From Styela clava (lineage: Eukaryota): a stretch of DNA of 64,000 nucleotides. Position 1 is the first letter of the stretch; every line of letters begins with the position of its first letter. Below, one piece after another: positions 13,186 to 28,628 of the stretch. The stretch covers positions 9,610,001-9,674,000 of the forward strand of contig NC_135255.1 in NCBI RefSeq assembly GCF_964204865.1, given 5' to 3'. A program made the translations under genes and the position numbers. The notes below the pieces were generated by a model. It saw only the letters and a program-made list of their open reading frames with translations, did not search any database and was not told where the DNA came from.

Positions 13186-14470
13186 AAAGAACAAACCAGA
13201 TTAGCCCAAAGAAAATCAAATTTTCTAGAAAACTTAAGGTGAGCAACATAATTCTTGTTGTCACCCCAAAATCACGATAAAAGCCATTATGATTTGGTTT
13301 ACATGATGTACTTATAATGCAACTAGTAAATTATTTTTATTGTCTGTATCTTTCCAAAATGACTGTTGAATAACATTTTTGAGCATTGCTTAAACTTCCG
13401 ATTCTAAGGCAGGCAATCACCACCGGCAATCGAATGAGATTACTACCAGATAATTGCCAGGCTGTAATAAAAAAGGGCCTAATGTATTAGGTTACCGGTG
13501 GTTTGAGTATGTTCGAGTTTCTGGCAAAAACATATACAATTTCTTACAAAAAAATTCTAGCTTATAATAGTATCAAGCCAGTAGCATATATCATGCTAAC
13601 ACAAAATTCTCCACCACAATTTCCTAGCTATGTACAGAAAAACCACAAAAAATAATCAAAGCGTTATTGAAACAAGCTTCACAAGGCATTAATAATTTAT
13701 GCATAAACCATTCCGACAGAAATCGAAAATACGAGAGTGTGAAAGAAATAACCTATTGATACCATGTTCATCTTTACATCAACAAATGACTTTTAACGCA
13801 ATATCTCATTAATAAATCGGTTTCTCACTATATACAACACCCAGAAAAACACTAATTTATTAGTACTAAAAATACTGTAACTGATACAGTAAATTTATTC
13901 CAAACTATCATCAATATGTATCAACAACTATATAGGCCTCAGCCAATCAGTCTTGCCTATAACTTGTAATGTTTGCAATATCAGTGAAGACTCAGACCTT
14001 GCATGGGCGTGAAAAATAGGTTTATTACATACCCACAAAGTACCCACATTTTGGCACCGCTTGAGAATAAGTACATATACCCAATAAAATCTACATAATT
14101 CAATGTGTTGCACAAACCAACATAATTTAATATTTCCACAGGGGAACTTGGTTATATAACACATAAAAATATTAAATAAATGTGTATCAGATCAGTTTGT
14201 TGAATTGAAGTGATACATATTCACTAAATAGGAATGCAATGCACAAGAACAGGACCACAATCAAAAACAATACACAAGTTCCTTACAATTAACATTGATC
14301 TGTAATGCATAACAGCAATCCACCATTTAAATGACATCAAAGCACTTGATTTCTGATCAAAAATGAATAGAAATACATCTGAATTTCCAGTTATATTGAA
14401 GGCTATGTGTCTCGCATGCTCATGATTTGATCTAATTGTAGCACACAATGGAATAGGACAAGGGCACATA

Positions 14471-16615
<2,145 letters not shown>

Positions 16616-19600
16616 TCAGTATTAAAATCCCAATAATTTTAAATTAGAAGATGAATATTCTATAATTATCAAAATCATAACTTGATGGATGAACTATGAC
16701 ACTATATGTGGGAGGGAATGCAGGGGAGAAGACATGGTCTACATGGAAATAGATAAATCAACTTTTCCTAATATTAGAATCACCCTATATGAGCCCAATT
16801 CAAGTATTATCTCTAAAAATTCACTGGTTACCATTTATTTTTAACGAATACTGAATAGTCGAGTAAAGAATATTTTCAATATACAACAGGAGTCTGGAAC
16901 ATGCAGACATGGAAGGTCGATACTCCTATTGTAAATAAATAAGAAACATTAAGTCTGTTAAGAAGTCTGTAACATAGCGTGTTTTTTTCTCTGTTGTACT
17001 TCATCGTAATCGCTGATTGTTTGGGCAATGCGGTCGTTTCGACGATCGACATCACAGATGTATATTTTTTCCTCTGTAAATCCGATTATTTTTTCCTGAG
17101 GAATTCAATGATGACGTTTTTAGATTGCGCTTCTTTTTTTGCGTAGTATTTGCGCAACTTCATTTTACTGTATTTTTACCAATATTGACGGACAACAATG
17201 TCCAGACATCCCCCAAAGGAGGGGGGTTCATTCATCGGCAAAATGGGATTCTATGAAACAAGACAATGTCTCTCAATCTGAAAAGTGCGCCGTACTCTCA
17301 TGGGACCTTAATTGTATTTTTCACTGAATCATCTTGAATGCTACGCAATATCTTTTGTGTTTTTCTATGGTGTTCGTGTTATTTTCGTATTAAATGGATA
17401 ACTCTGCAATTTGTGATTGTGTGAATCCTGAATGTTACTTTTATTTAAAATAGTGAATAAATAAATCAGCATTTCGACAGTCATGAGGCTAGATGACACT
17501 ACATCTGTATATAGAGCATTTCTTGAATGATATTTACATTGAGGATTAACAATATTAAAACTAATTAATACAGTAATAGTTTAACTTATACTATAAGACA
17601 AGTTCAGGCAAAATCAGAGAGCAAACATCAGTCACAATACTGCAATAAGTTCCAAGTTAGGAATACAACATGCGGACATATTGACATAAACCAACACGAC
17701 AGTCCGAGAGTAATATCAGAATATTGGTGTTGGACCTAATAAAATTATGATTGAAATAAACCTTAAATTTATTCCTGTAAGTTACGGATATTGTAGTACA
17801 GGTACTTACGGTAGGTACGGTAGGTATACGGCGCTATTAAGATTTTGTCTAAACAGACACAACATATATATTTGGGTAGAGATACCGTAATCACCATAGC
17901 CGAAGCTGGGAAATATTCACTCAAAACCTCTTGAACGTGCACAACCTAAACTTCTGATTCACGGACCCTGGATTTGCTCTTCAATTCGATATGGCAAAAG
18001 ACAAACAAATGGCAATCGGAAGGGTTTTTACGTGAAAAAGGGCCAATCATGCAGCTCTCGGGCGCCGCATATTGAATAAGTATAAGTATAAAGAATATTG
18101 AACTCAAAAGAATATAAAAGAATATTGAACTCAAATCGTTTCAATCAACAAAAACATTATCAAATTAGATGAAAAAAATGAAATTTAGTGAAGTCAATAA
18201 TCGCGTCAAAAACGTAAATAAATACCAATACCTCCAAACCAACACCACACATAAACCCTTTTCTTCATCGCGGAAAATCTCATTCTAATCATCATGGCTT
18301 TGTGCCTCAAAACGGCTCGACGACCTTCAACGGTCCTGCATACTGGCCAACACAAAAACAATGCGTAAATTGGATAATTCTATAAAATTATGAATATTGT
18401 TTTTCATTGTTTGCGGAAATAAAATCTCTCTCTCTTTCTTGGCAGTCCCGCCAGTGGTCTGAGTTTGCAGATTTGTTTAGTTAGGTTGGAAATAGTGTTT
18501 GAATGGCATCCGAGATTCCTGGGCAAACTCCGACTCTGAAACAGTTTATCCATAGACAGAAGGTTCTGAATCTTTATGACACGTGACACTGTCCGGGTTA
18601 TTTACAAAATAGAAGATCTTAGAGATCGACAGTATATGGCACACTGGGCAACGATAGAGTTCAAACAGAATAAATCAGAGACTAACCAGGACTCGATAGA
18701 GTTACTCCTGACCAGAGGGAGACGGACACTAAAAAATGGTAGCACAATATTTGAAGACCAAAAATGGGTGATAATGTGCAGCGCACAAGAGCGGAAATAC
18801 AGAGAAGGAAACTTTCATTGAAATCAGAAAAACGAATGAGAAAATTACTGTTATCAAACTCTGAGCCAGCTCAGGAGAATAAAACGGAACTTGCAATTAA
18901 TTTGACGGGTGAGAAAGAAATGTCAACTCCAAATACTTTACTACAATTTGATGATCTAATGCCAATCAATGAAGCCCACACCACAAAATAAAAAACAAAC
19001 AATCATCCAACCTCAATCATCTATTCACCAGATGGTGTCCTAGTCTCTTTGTGCCAATATTATTGTGTATTTTACTGTTGAAACCTTTCAACAGCAAACA
19101 TGCTACTATACATTTCTTAGTAATATTGGCATTGGACAAGCTTGTTGTCAACGGCCAGAATGCATTTGTATTGAAAATTTACACTGTGTTAGAAAATTTG
19201 TTGCATACTTTTACCACGTTTTGTTTTTTATTTTTAATGATTCAGAGGTTAATTGGGAACACTTAACATATTGCCTTTTATGCTGTTAATTTGCTGCAAG
19301 CCACTGAATAATATAAGTTTCGGACATTTGGTCCCAAACAGTTGAAAATCTGTCTTTCAGACCAAAGGTAATAAATACTTTTGCCCTTGCACCAATCTGC
19401 CAATGGTATCCCAATGCATGACCTTCGACCAATGCAGTATGTATAAACTATCACGCTTACAGATTGATTAGTATTTCTTCTGCATGAAAATTTTGCTGTA
19501 TCTTACTCACCTAAACTGCCTGAGATTAGATACGCCACGTCCTAAATTATATTGTTAAGTGTAGCACGAACCCTTTATTGCATCTGGCCTAAGTTGAACT

Positions 19601-20630
19601 AGTGAGTTCACTTTGTCTACAAATATGCAATCAAGACTAGTCGTCGTACTGAAGGAATTTAGTGGCATTGATTTGATATATTGTATTTTGCAATCACAGT
19701 GGTTTTCAACTTTGTTACTTTTATATTTGCTTTATTTCAGGAAGACATACCAGAGATATTGAATGAAATTCAGAAATCAGCACAAAGACACACCTCGGGA
19801 ATTCAGATAATGGATATTCTTTTTATGTAAATTTTTTATTTATGCTAAAATTACTTCAACCATATTTGGTATTTATATATCACGATTATATTTGATGTGA
19901 ATTTCAAATAGAATTCTAGATGATAGATGTATTTCAACACCTCAAACTCTCGAAATAAAGCCCAACATATAAGAAATACCACAAAAGAGATGACATTAAA
20001 GTGATAACAGATTGCAACATCACGCAAAGAATTAAAAATTCTTTCCGATCCCACTTTTGAATATCGTGGGACCAACCTAGACTAGAATACTCAGTCAGAT
20101 TTGGCCTTTTCCATCAACCCTGTCTATTCATCTTAAGCGATTAACCGGTAAATTATTAACTACCTTTGCAAAAGTCCATGGTTTATCAGACCATGTGTCT
20201 CTTTACAAACATAAATATGAAAAAACATATCGTAGAAATAAATGAATTAGGTAAAGTCTTCTTACTTTAAACACACAAACGTCAGTTTTTATGCTGGGAC
20301 AACAGGCACAATAGCTTGTGCATTCAATCCAAGGGGATTTCAAATAGTGTAATTGTGAAGTAAATTCTTTTAATTTTTTTCATTATCTTTTTCAACTCAG
20401 TGCCAAGTTTTTGAATAATGTTTAAGTAGATTTTTTGCAAACTGAATCGCAATTCCTGATCATTAATGTTTACTTTTATGCATTTTAAAGTAAGCATGTG
20501 AGCCTAGGGGATAAAGACATCTTTGTCCGATTTTTCTTCAAAACACTAAAAAAAATCACCCATGTTCGCCAAACACGGTTCAGCGGATAATTGAACTGCA
20601 GCTCACAAATTACATTATTATTATAGCACT

Positions 20631-20720
20631 GCGGTGTGGCGAATAAACCCGCTCGCCACCGCACCTCTGATTACTCTGCGTGGGTTCGCAAAATCACATG
20701 CGGGGTTAATTATGTGCGTT
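20631..20720 (+). mobile_element. 5' head fragment of the tRNA-SINE
   Basis: GCGGTGTGGC...CGCTCGCCACCGCACCTCTGATTACTCTGCGTGGGTTCGCA matches the SINE head in forward orientation. Confidence 0.7.
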
Positions 20721-21294
20721 TTCGAATAAGAAACAATAACACATTTATGATAAATACAATATGTAAAATATTGAATCATATTTTAGTTATGTTTAACACA
20801 ATCCTGTTAATATTCGCGGCACACCATTTGGGAACCGCTGTTTTAGACAATTTTTGCGGTCAAGTGTAGCTTGCTGACGTGCTGTTCGGTTTGCTATCTT
20901 TTCGTCAAAACTTTGTCTTCCGAGGGGTTTCAGCAGCAATCAAAATAAATTCCGATCAGTAGGCCTACTTTTAAATAGTAGGTAGGTGATTAATATAAAT
21001 AAAAAGAATGGTTTACTTTAACCCAAAAGGACTTTGGGGGTATAGTCACTTTGGTTTAACACAGTCTGTTAGCGCCAACTTGTGATAACAATCTCAAAAT
21101 GAGCATCAAAAATTTTGCAATGATAGAGTGTAAACAGATTTTTGAGGATCAAGAAGACATTCCTTGACCATGCAGACAATTAGGAATTATATGAAATACC
21201 TAAAAAAACAGTTAGAAGGATATTCATCTTTTTAAGCAGTTTTTATAACTTATCCATTTATAAGCTTATTTATTCACTGAACTAAACTTTAGCT

Positions 21295-21698
21295 CAGTGC
21301 TCTTCAACCGGGTATACGATATACCCAAGTGTATACCGGACCATGAGTTGGGTATACAACTGATAAAGGGTAAACGAAGGGTGTACACCCGACATGAGCA
21401 CATTGTTACATCACAAATTGTATAGATAATGCGGTCACGTGTCGGTGATTTCGGCTGCCATGCACTTCGTTTGATTTACGTTATACATTATTGCCATTGA
21501 CGTCAAGGACGTCAGTCAAATTTTTAACTTGCGAACACTAGCCTATTAGATTGCATGATGATATTGCAGTACAATATGTGCTTAAAATTTAATGTTTATT
21601 CGAGCCATAAATAAACATTGGTATTTGTAGGGTATACAAAGCTCTTGAAATATTGTAAAAGGTATACCGCAATAAAAAAAAAAGGTTGACGAACACTG
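21295..21698. mobile_element. hAT (Charlie-like) MITE
   Basis: TIR CAGTGCTCTTCAACC / GGTTGACGAACACTG, TSD CTTTAGCT/CGTTAGCT (7/8 match), GGGTATAC subterminal repeats. Confidence 0.85.
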
Positions 21699-21910
21699 CG
21701 TTAGCTATTACAGAAAAACCCCATGTAACGTAATGATCCCATTTCGAGAATCTATTTGTAACTGTATTTGAACGAGTGAAAGAGAATGGCGGAAAACGAC
21801 GAAACTGACGCAAAATATATAAATTGCCATTCAAAAAACGACAAATATGTATTTTTTAAAATCGACTCGGAAAAAACAAGAGTGAAATATAAAACCCTGC
21901 TAAATTGAAT

Positions 21911-23483
21911 CTATGTAATAAATGTCTCTGGTCCGTCATCAAATTTTAGAATGTATTGTTGACTAAATGCCATCAATCCACCAGCGAACACCACTAAGAA
22001 TAATAAAATAAAGTCAATAATAGAAATGTACACGAGCAAGTAATTTGAGCTGAACGTGCAATACAATGTAGTTAACTTGATCAGTCCAAAAATAGCTAAG
22101 ATTCCAATGCAGACGTAAATAATTTTGTTCACTTTTCCACGCTTTTTTTGTGCAATTCTGCATGAAATTACAGCTGAAATATAAACAACAACTATTATAT
22201 CGAGTTGATATATATATATTTATATGTATCATGCATTGCTGATAATGAGATTTATATTCGAGACACAGATATGACCTTAAGTGGTCAGTTAAAATAATAA
22301 AGGTTTCATCAAATAATATTGTAAGAAATTAAATTTTTCATTATTGTGAATTTATGTTATTTAACAAATAACGTGAAACATTGTTTCCTTGATTTGAATG
22401 GATTGTACGCGATTAACAAAATGTGCCAGTAATAGCCCTTTTCATTGAACTGCAAACAGTTTTCATAACTCAGAGTCGGGTTCGTAATCGAGGATAAATT
22501 AATCCGCCTTGGGGGTAAGTTTTGGAGGCAAGAAATTCACATTTTTCATTTTCCCGACTACAAAAATAGGCTCAACGATTTCATTGCATCATTTGCGGTG
22601 GTGATAACATAAAAAGAAAATGAGAAATAATTTCTCTTTTGGAATTTGGCATGGTGTAAACTTCAAGGTTATGAAATTCTGCTTTGGATTGTCAGTCAGT
22701 CAGTAGTTTATTACTTATCGATTTTAATCGGTAAGTATGTTGAGAGGTATTTGTCTGTCTGTTTGTCTGTTAGATGCACGCGATATCTCACGAAAGCGAG
22801 ATTGGATCTGCTGCAGATTTTGCATGTGCATTCATCATATCTCGTACCAGAAGCCCTTGATTTTGGGCGAATTATGTCGTATAATTAGCGAGTTATCAAT
22901 TAATTAGTGATGGGACACAAAGTGTCACTATGGAGTAAGAGCGCTGTTTTGGGGGAACCCTAACTTTCGATCGATAAGTCTCCGGTCTCTGACTGATATT
23001 CTCGGTTTATCTGTCGAACATATTGGATTTAGGATTAACATATTTATACCGAATGAGAGAAAAGCCGATAAGATGGCTTAAGCATATGGCGGGCCATGGC
23101 CTTTTGTCCGGTTACTAGTTCATGTCAGATATGGGATTAGTTTGACGGGTATTTGTATTCAGATGCAGCATGAGACGTCAATTATTTGGCTGTAACTTGC
23201 GTTTTAACATTAAGCTCAATGTATTAATACAATGAGACCTACCTGCTATCGTAACAACTGTGATAAAAGCGTTCGCTGTTATCGTCCAATCTTCGTAGTC
23301 CTTATAAAGATGAAAATCTTTCAAATTCTTCATAATTTGTAATCGAAGGTTCAGGAGGCACATCAGAATAGCCCCCACAAAAATGATTTCGAATTGAGAA
23401 ACCCAAGCTGTTTCTTGGGGTATGGTTCTATTGCCTATGTTAATTATCGTTACATTTTTGTTCCTGCTATTTTTTCTTAGCAT
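21911..23483 (-). CDS. Putative uncharacterised four-transmembrane protein, 2 coding exons, ~167 aa
   Basis: Exon 23483-23243 ends at donor GCAG|GTAGGT (phase 1). Exon 22173-21911 starts at acceptor ATTTCAG|CT, in the same phase, and runs to TAG. Total 504 nt with four hydrophobic segments. I recognise no homolog. Confidence 0.6.
22711..23008 (+). mobile_element. Helentron/DINE-1(HINE)-like non-autonomous rolling-circle element
   Basis: 10-bp subterminal inverted repeat ACTTATCGAT (22713) / ATCGATAAGT (22970), internal (TCTG)n microsatellite and a short imperfect 3' stem-loop before a T-rich end. Confidence 0.6.
23025..23170 (-). mobile_element. 3' fragment of the tRNA-SINE
   Basis: TAGGATTAACATATTTAT...AAAGCCGATAAGATGGCTTAAGCATATGGCG...GTCCGGTTAC matches the SINE tail region. 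Confidence 0.7.
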
Positions 23484-23650
23484 TTTTCTAGAAGGTAAAA
23501 AATTGAAGTGTTGTGACCAAATAGAATACGACTTTTCATATTTTCCAGGTCTCTCTCTTTCGGTTAACTACTCCCTTTCAAAAATAGTCTGAACGAACGG
23601 GCCTTGATTGGTGGTAGGCCCCGTGACCCTACAACATCATCACGCGATAA

Positions 23651-23732
23651 TAAATAAAGCACAACCGGTGTTAGCAAAACGGTATAATTTGCCAATTATA
23701 TAGTTTTGCTAACACCGGTTGTGCTTTATTTA
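23651..23732. repeat. Perfect 30-bp inverted repeat (hairpin) with a 22-nt loop
   Basis: TAAATAAAGCACAACCGGTGTTAGCAAAAC (23651-23680) is the exact reverse complement of 23703-23732. Confidence 0.9.
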
Positions 23733-24285
23733 CTATCGATATGAACACACCTGTTGGCAATCACGCGCTATCGGGCGGCGACGGAAGAGTCTTGCAGGCA
23801 GTGCCGGTAACCAACAGGGCCGTGCATTTTTATATGTGTTAACAAAGCCATGCCAGTCATATAAGTCTGGTATATCAGTGACGTAATAGTATAACCATAT
23901 CTTACACTCTATTGTGAAGTCATTATTACATAAAATGCAACTGTTCAAGTTGTTGGATACGAAATAGACTTATCGTTCGTTTTGTTGTTAACTTTGTTGC
24001 AGTTATCGTTTTTGTTGTTGTGAGAAACGTTTTTCTTCCCGAATACTAATATAATGAACTAGCCATTTCAAATTGTCACTACTCATAGAGTCGTTAAAAC
24101 GCTATTACGAGTGCTTCAAATTTCGTCCGAGTCATATTTCATATTGGACCCGTTATTTTATTCAATATTTTGCTGTTTTATTAGTTAGAAGAGAACATTT
24201 TTAAGCTCTTCAGCAAACTCAAGTGTTTTAAACTAAAACTTCATATCCAAATATCTGATCGCTACTCGTTTGTTTAAGACAATGT

Positions 24286-24292
<7 letters not shown>

Positions 24293-24333
<41 letters not shown>
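24293..24333. repeat. (TA)n microsatellite
   Basis: About 20 TA units. Confidence 0.95.
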
Positions 24334-24336
<3 letters not shown>

Positions 24337-24825
24337 AAATTTATTCGCCTGTTCGTAGAGACGAAAATCTATAAGATTGGTAGACTTATAAAATATGTTG
24401 ATTCATTTTTGAACTTATTTTGCATTATCACGATCCCAACACAACAGTTATCGTTATCGTCAACAGTTAGAGTTATCGTAGCCACAGACAGAGCGAGTCA
24501 ATAAGGGCGATTTATGAATAAATTGAACACCGAGCCATGGCCATCGTAGAGTGTCTTGCTAGTGTAGGAAATCAAGCCAATAGAGTGCATTCAAATCCTA
24601 TGAGATGTTCGTATATATTCAATACGAACAGGTAATAACAAACCTATAAAAAATTAGAATTGACGTCAATTAGAACACGTAATTGAATGAAAAATATTAT
24701 TTTGTATTTAAGATAGCTAAAATAGGGCAAGCTATCACATTTATCTTGTATAAAGGTTGTTGCGTTGTTTTTATACACATGTGGGTTACATTTAATTATT
24801 AAATGTCTATGATCTGAATGTCCCG

Positions 24826-27052
24826 TTATATCTTTGGTCGCAACTTCATGACGGTTTTTTTCATCGAGTACTGCCCGTTGTGGGGCCATTTTTCCCACTC
24901 TACTCCATTCTCAGAACCGCTATATGCTCCACCCACGTGGTATTGTCCATTCAAATTGGAATGATCACAAGCATTAAACCACCATCCACCACCGTGAACT
25001 GAAGCGCAATTACTCGAATGTTGATCATTGTCCTGATCCGCAGTTGAAAATTTGTTCTTATTATGGTACGACAAGCTGTCACCTGCTGTTCCCGAAAAAC
25101 CACCGACAGACAGGCGATATTTTGTTTCAGCACTCCCAAGAGCGAAAGATCTATAAAGCAAGCGTTGAGGATGTTAAAAAATAAAAATATTAAAAGTGTA
25201 AAAATTTAATGAATATTTAATAGCTATTCTAAAAAAACAATCCGCTAACGTGCAAATATAAGGCAGGCATAGATCGAATGAACAGTCGTGTCTAAGATAT
25301 TTGGCCTGTAAGCGGTAACATCTGGTTGGATTTATGTTCGATATTGACAATCATCTAAGAATTAGCAAAAAACGAAAAATATAGATAGATTTGTCATATA
25401 TTACGCAGACAACTGCTTTACGGGTTTTCTGACTGGTTTTATCAGCAAGAAGTAATGGGAATGACTTACCCATATTCGGCATATCTAGTTTGTCCGGCCC
25501 AGTCGGTCAACTCTATTTTTAAAACGTAATTTGCAGTTTGTGTTAATTTGCGAATGGCTTCCAGACCTTCAAGAGCAACAAAGTAAATTAAAAAAACTCT
25601 GTCTTTGCCAATTTTATTATTTTAATTGAGATATATATATATATAATTTAGATTTCTGAGATCCTGAAATCCGAAATTACAAGACTATGATAAATTTGCA
25701 AAAACGCTATATTCCGACCCAAATATCTTCATGTGTACAACTAACTATTTATTCTTCTGCTCGTGTGATAATATCATGTTGAGTTGTTAAAAATAATTTA
25801 AATCCTTTACCTAACCAGAATTCTCCACTTCTATTTCCAAATCCTGCGACATAGTCCGCCCAATTCCTATTAAAATCTACCGAACCGTCTTGTCTTCTTT
25901 GAATTACCTAAAAATTGGTTGTTATTGAAATTTATCAGAATATTTTTATCTGACTTTATGCCGAAAATCAATGGGTTACATGATAGATCAAATTATTTCA
26001 TAATATTTTTAATGACTTTCACTCTCTCCGATTGAAGAGGAGCAACTTGTATAGATTTTAAATATATATATATTATATATATAATTTAAAACGTTCACTC
26101 CCGCCGTTTTGAAAGTGTGAAGAGGAGTAATATGCTACCATACATTAGGTATTTAGCATTACGGTATCTATTACAATTACTATATACAGATATGCTATAA
26201 TATATAAGCCGAGAAAATTTGAATATGTCCTCACCGTCCACTTGTTACCATCAGTGGAAATATCGCAATAAACTTCGTACTTGTTTATATTAGGAAAGAT
26301 ATCAACAACTCCACCATTGTTGTTCCAAGTTTTTGCCTCTTCATTTGACACCTCGCTGCAGTCGTGGTGCAGGTGCTTGTCTAGCTCTGTTACATTGTAA
26401 AATAGATGTTCCATGTTATATATTTTGTCAAAAATCCGATATATTAATTAAAAAGCAGATACGAATTTTCAAATAAAACTATAATTTGAAATATAAACAA
26501 ACCATATTTAAATTCTTCTTTTGCAACTTTTTCATTTAGCATTGCGTCATATTTTGATAATTTTGCATCAATTCGATCTTCTATCTCTGGAGTTATGAAA
26601 TATATTTATGTAAAAACTTGGCATCCGAAGGAGAAATACCGTATATTGGGTTGACAAAAGTTTTGTCTTCAAAGGAATTTCGTTCCCAACTTCAGCTATC
26701 AACTGCATGATAACTAGAATTTAATTAAAATACCAAACAAACGCAAACAAAAATCAGTCATATCTTTTTTACACAAGTTAGACAAAGTTATAAGATCACC
26801 TCGATACTTTTTTTCTATTTTCTCTTCAATGGCAGTGTAGTTTACCACAGCAGGATGTCCTCGATCACCCTTTATGCCTTGCGGTCCTGCTTTTCCGACC
26901 CTTGGTAGCTGAAACGAAGGTTCTATTTGGTCTGTACTTTGTTGGAAGCAAAACTGATTGACTTGTGAACAAAATTCACCTGCTGTCCGACAAATATTGC
27001 CATTTACTACGGCAAATATCCCCCAAAGGATCGCCGCAAACCGAAGTAGCAT
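24826..27052 (-). CDS. Ficolin-like fibrinogen-related protein (FReD), copy A, 6 exons, ~335 aa
   Basis: Exons 27052-26800, 26586-26503, 26386-26235, 25907-25811, 25566-25470, 25150-24826 (1008 nt, phases consistent). Signal peptide, CxxxxxxCxQVNQxC, short Gly-X-Y ([15 protein letters not shown]), neck, then FReD ([21 protein letters not shown], FSTxDQDND, GGWWF..C..SNLNG). Confidence 0.92.
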
Positions 27053-27789
27053 AATGACACAGTATGTTTCTGTAGAGATTTATATTTTCCTGAACCTCAT
27101 AGAAATATTACAATTGATAAGAAATAAAGCGTATCCGCGTAGATAGAAATCATCAGGATTTTTGGAATTAAAAGATAAATAAAATAATCAAATATGAATC
27201 CTCACCGAACCCACTCACAATTAGTATATATATATACGTAATAAATATGTACCGTATTTTAGTATTTTACAGGCCATAAGTCGCACTTCAAATCCTTTTT
27301 TTATTTTCAAAAATCATGCGCCCTATAATCCAGTCTGTCTAACTAATGTATGGTCTGGCAATTCTCAACGTTTCCACGGTCTTGTCAGCCGAATTTAATT
27401 AAGACAACTTTTAAACTAAACGTGCAGATTTAAGTTGATTTAAGACATCCGGTTACTTCGAAAATGAAAATGAGGATCAATCGATTTTAAACTTTTTCAT
27501 GACCTCGTCAGCCAAATTTAATACAACGTTCAAACTAAACGTGCAGATTTGAGTTCAAAATAAAGATTTTTGTAACAACACCGACAGTTTTATTATTATT
27601 TTCTACTGTTCTTAATTTGGCGATTTCAATGAAGACGAATAAGATTTTCAAATTAATCTATCGGAAAAATAAATCTAAAATCTACCTATTTTATTGAATA
27701 ATATAAATCAAAAATTCATCGAATCGGTTGGGATAATCATGAGCGCAACAGACAGTTTCTCTGGTATCACTTGTCACGAATCATTGTTG

Positions 27790-27930
27790 TGTCGCTGATT
27801 ACGGCTCGTTGTGGGGCCATTTTCCCCACTCTGCTTAAATCTCAGGACCGCTTTATTCTCCTCTTACGTGGTACTGCCCATTCAAATTGGAAAGGTCAAG
27901 CACCATCCGCCACCGTGACTTATCTGAGCA
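27790..27930 (-). pseudogene. Decayed fragment of a ficolin/FReD terminal exon
   Basis: CGTTGTGGGGCCATTTTCCCCACTCT...CTCAGGACCGCT...GTGGTACTGCCCATTCAAATTGGAA...CACCATCCGCCACCGT aligns to 24870-25000 and 35980-36110 with indels. Confidence 0.75.
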
Positions 27931-28628
27931 ACGCTATTGCCTACTCGGAAAATGTTGCTGGTTTTACTATAAATCACTGGCTAAAGATCGGCAAAAACTC
28001 CTCGTGGACCGCACGTATAAATAAATTTCGATACAATTTGCAGCTTAATTTAACGTAGACGAAACTGTTTAACAGTAATCATGGCAAACAATTCTATCAA
28101 CTCTATTTTGTTACTCAGACGCTATAAGTACATTGATAATGTAATGAATGAGAAATATAGTACCTTGATATAAGGCTTTATTCAACTTAAATTTGAAGCA
28201 CTCTTTAGAATGAATCTAAAGTAAAATATAACACAAGTAAATGTTATTAAACAAGAAAACAAAAACGTATCGAATTGCTGATTCTAACAGCAAGCGGCTC
28301 AATAGTTAAATGAATAAAGTTGAAAGAATTAACACACTACATCTACAGCACAGCAATGATTGGTGTCTGATTTAAAACGCCACAGCAATCATCGCTTGAC
28401 TGCAGCTGTATAAACAGATAGATACATTGAGTTGCATTTCCAAGTTATCACAGATAACAGCACCCATGCAATTTTAAAAACCTTTACCTTTACCTTTACC
28501 TAAATGATTCTTGCCAATGAAATCATGTTTGTAATTTCTGGCGCAAGTTTTTGCTAACTTCAATGAATTGATATTGCTTTCTTGATAGCTCTTGTCGGGG
28601 CACGATTTTTTGTTTGCAACATTATAAA

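Noticed and set aside
24644-25139. Alternative-frame ORFs ([10 protein letters not shown]..., MGKMAPQRA...) shared with 35824-36247
   Set aside because: Shadow frames of the duplicated FReD exon; no independent evidence of coding.
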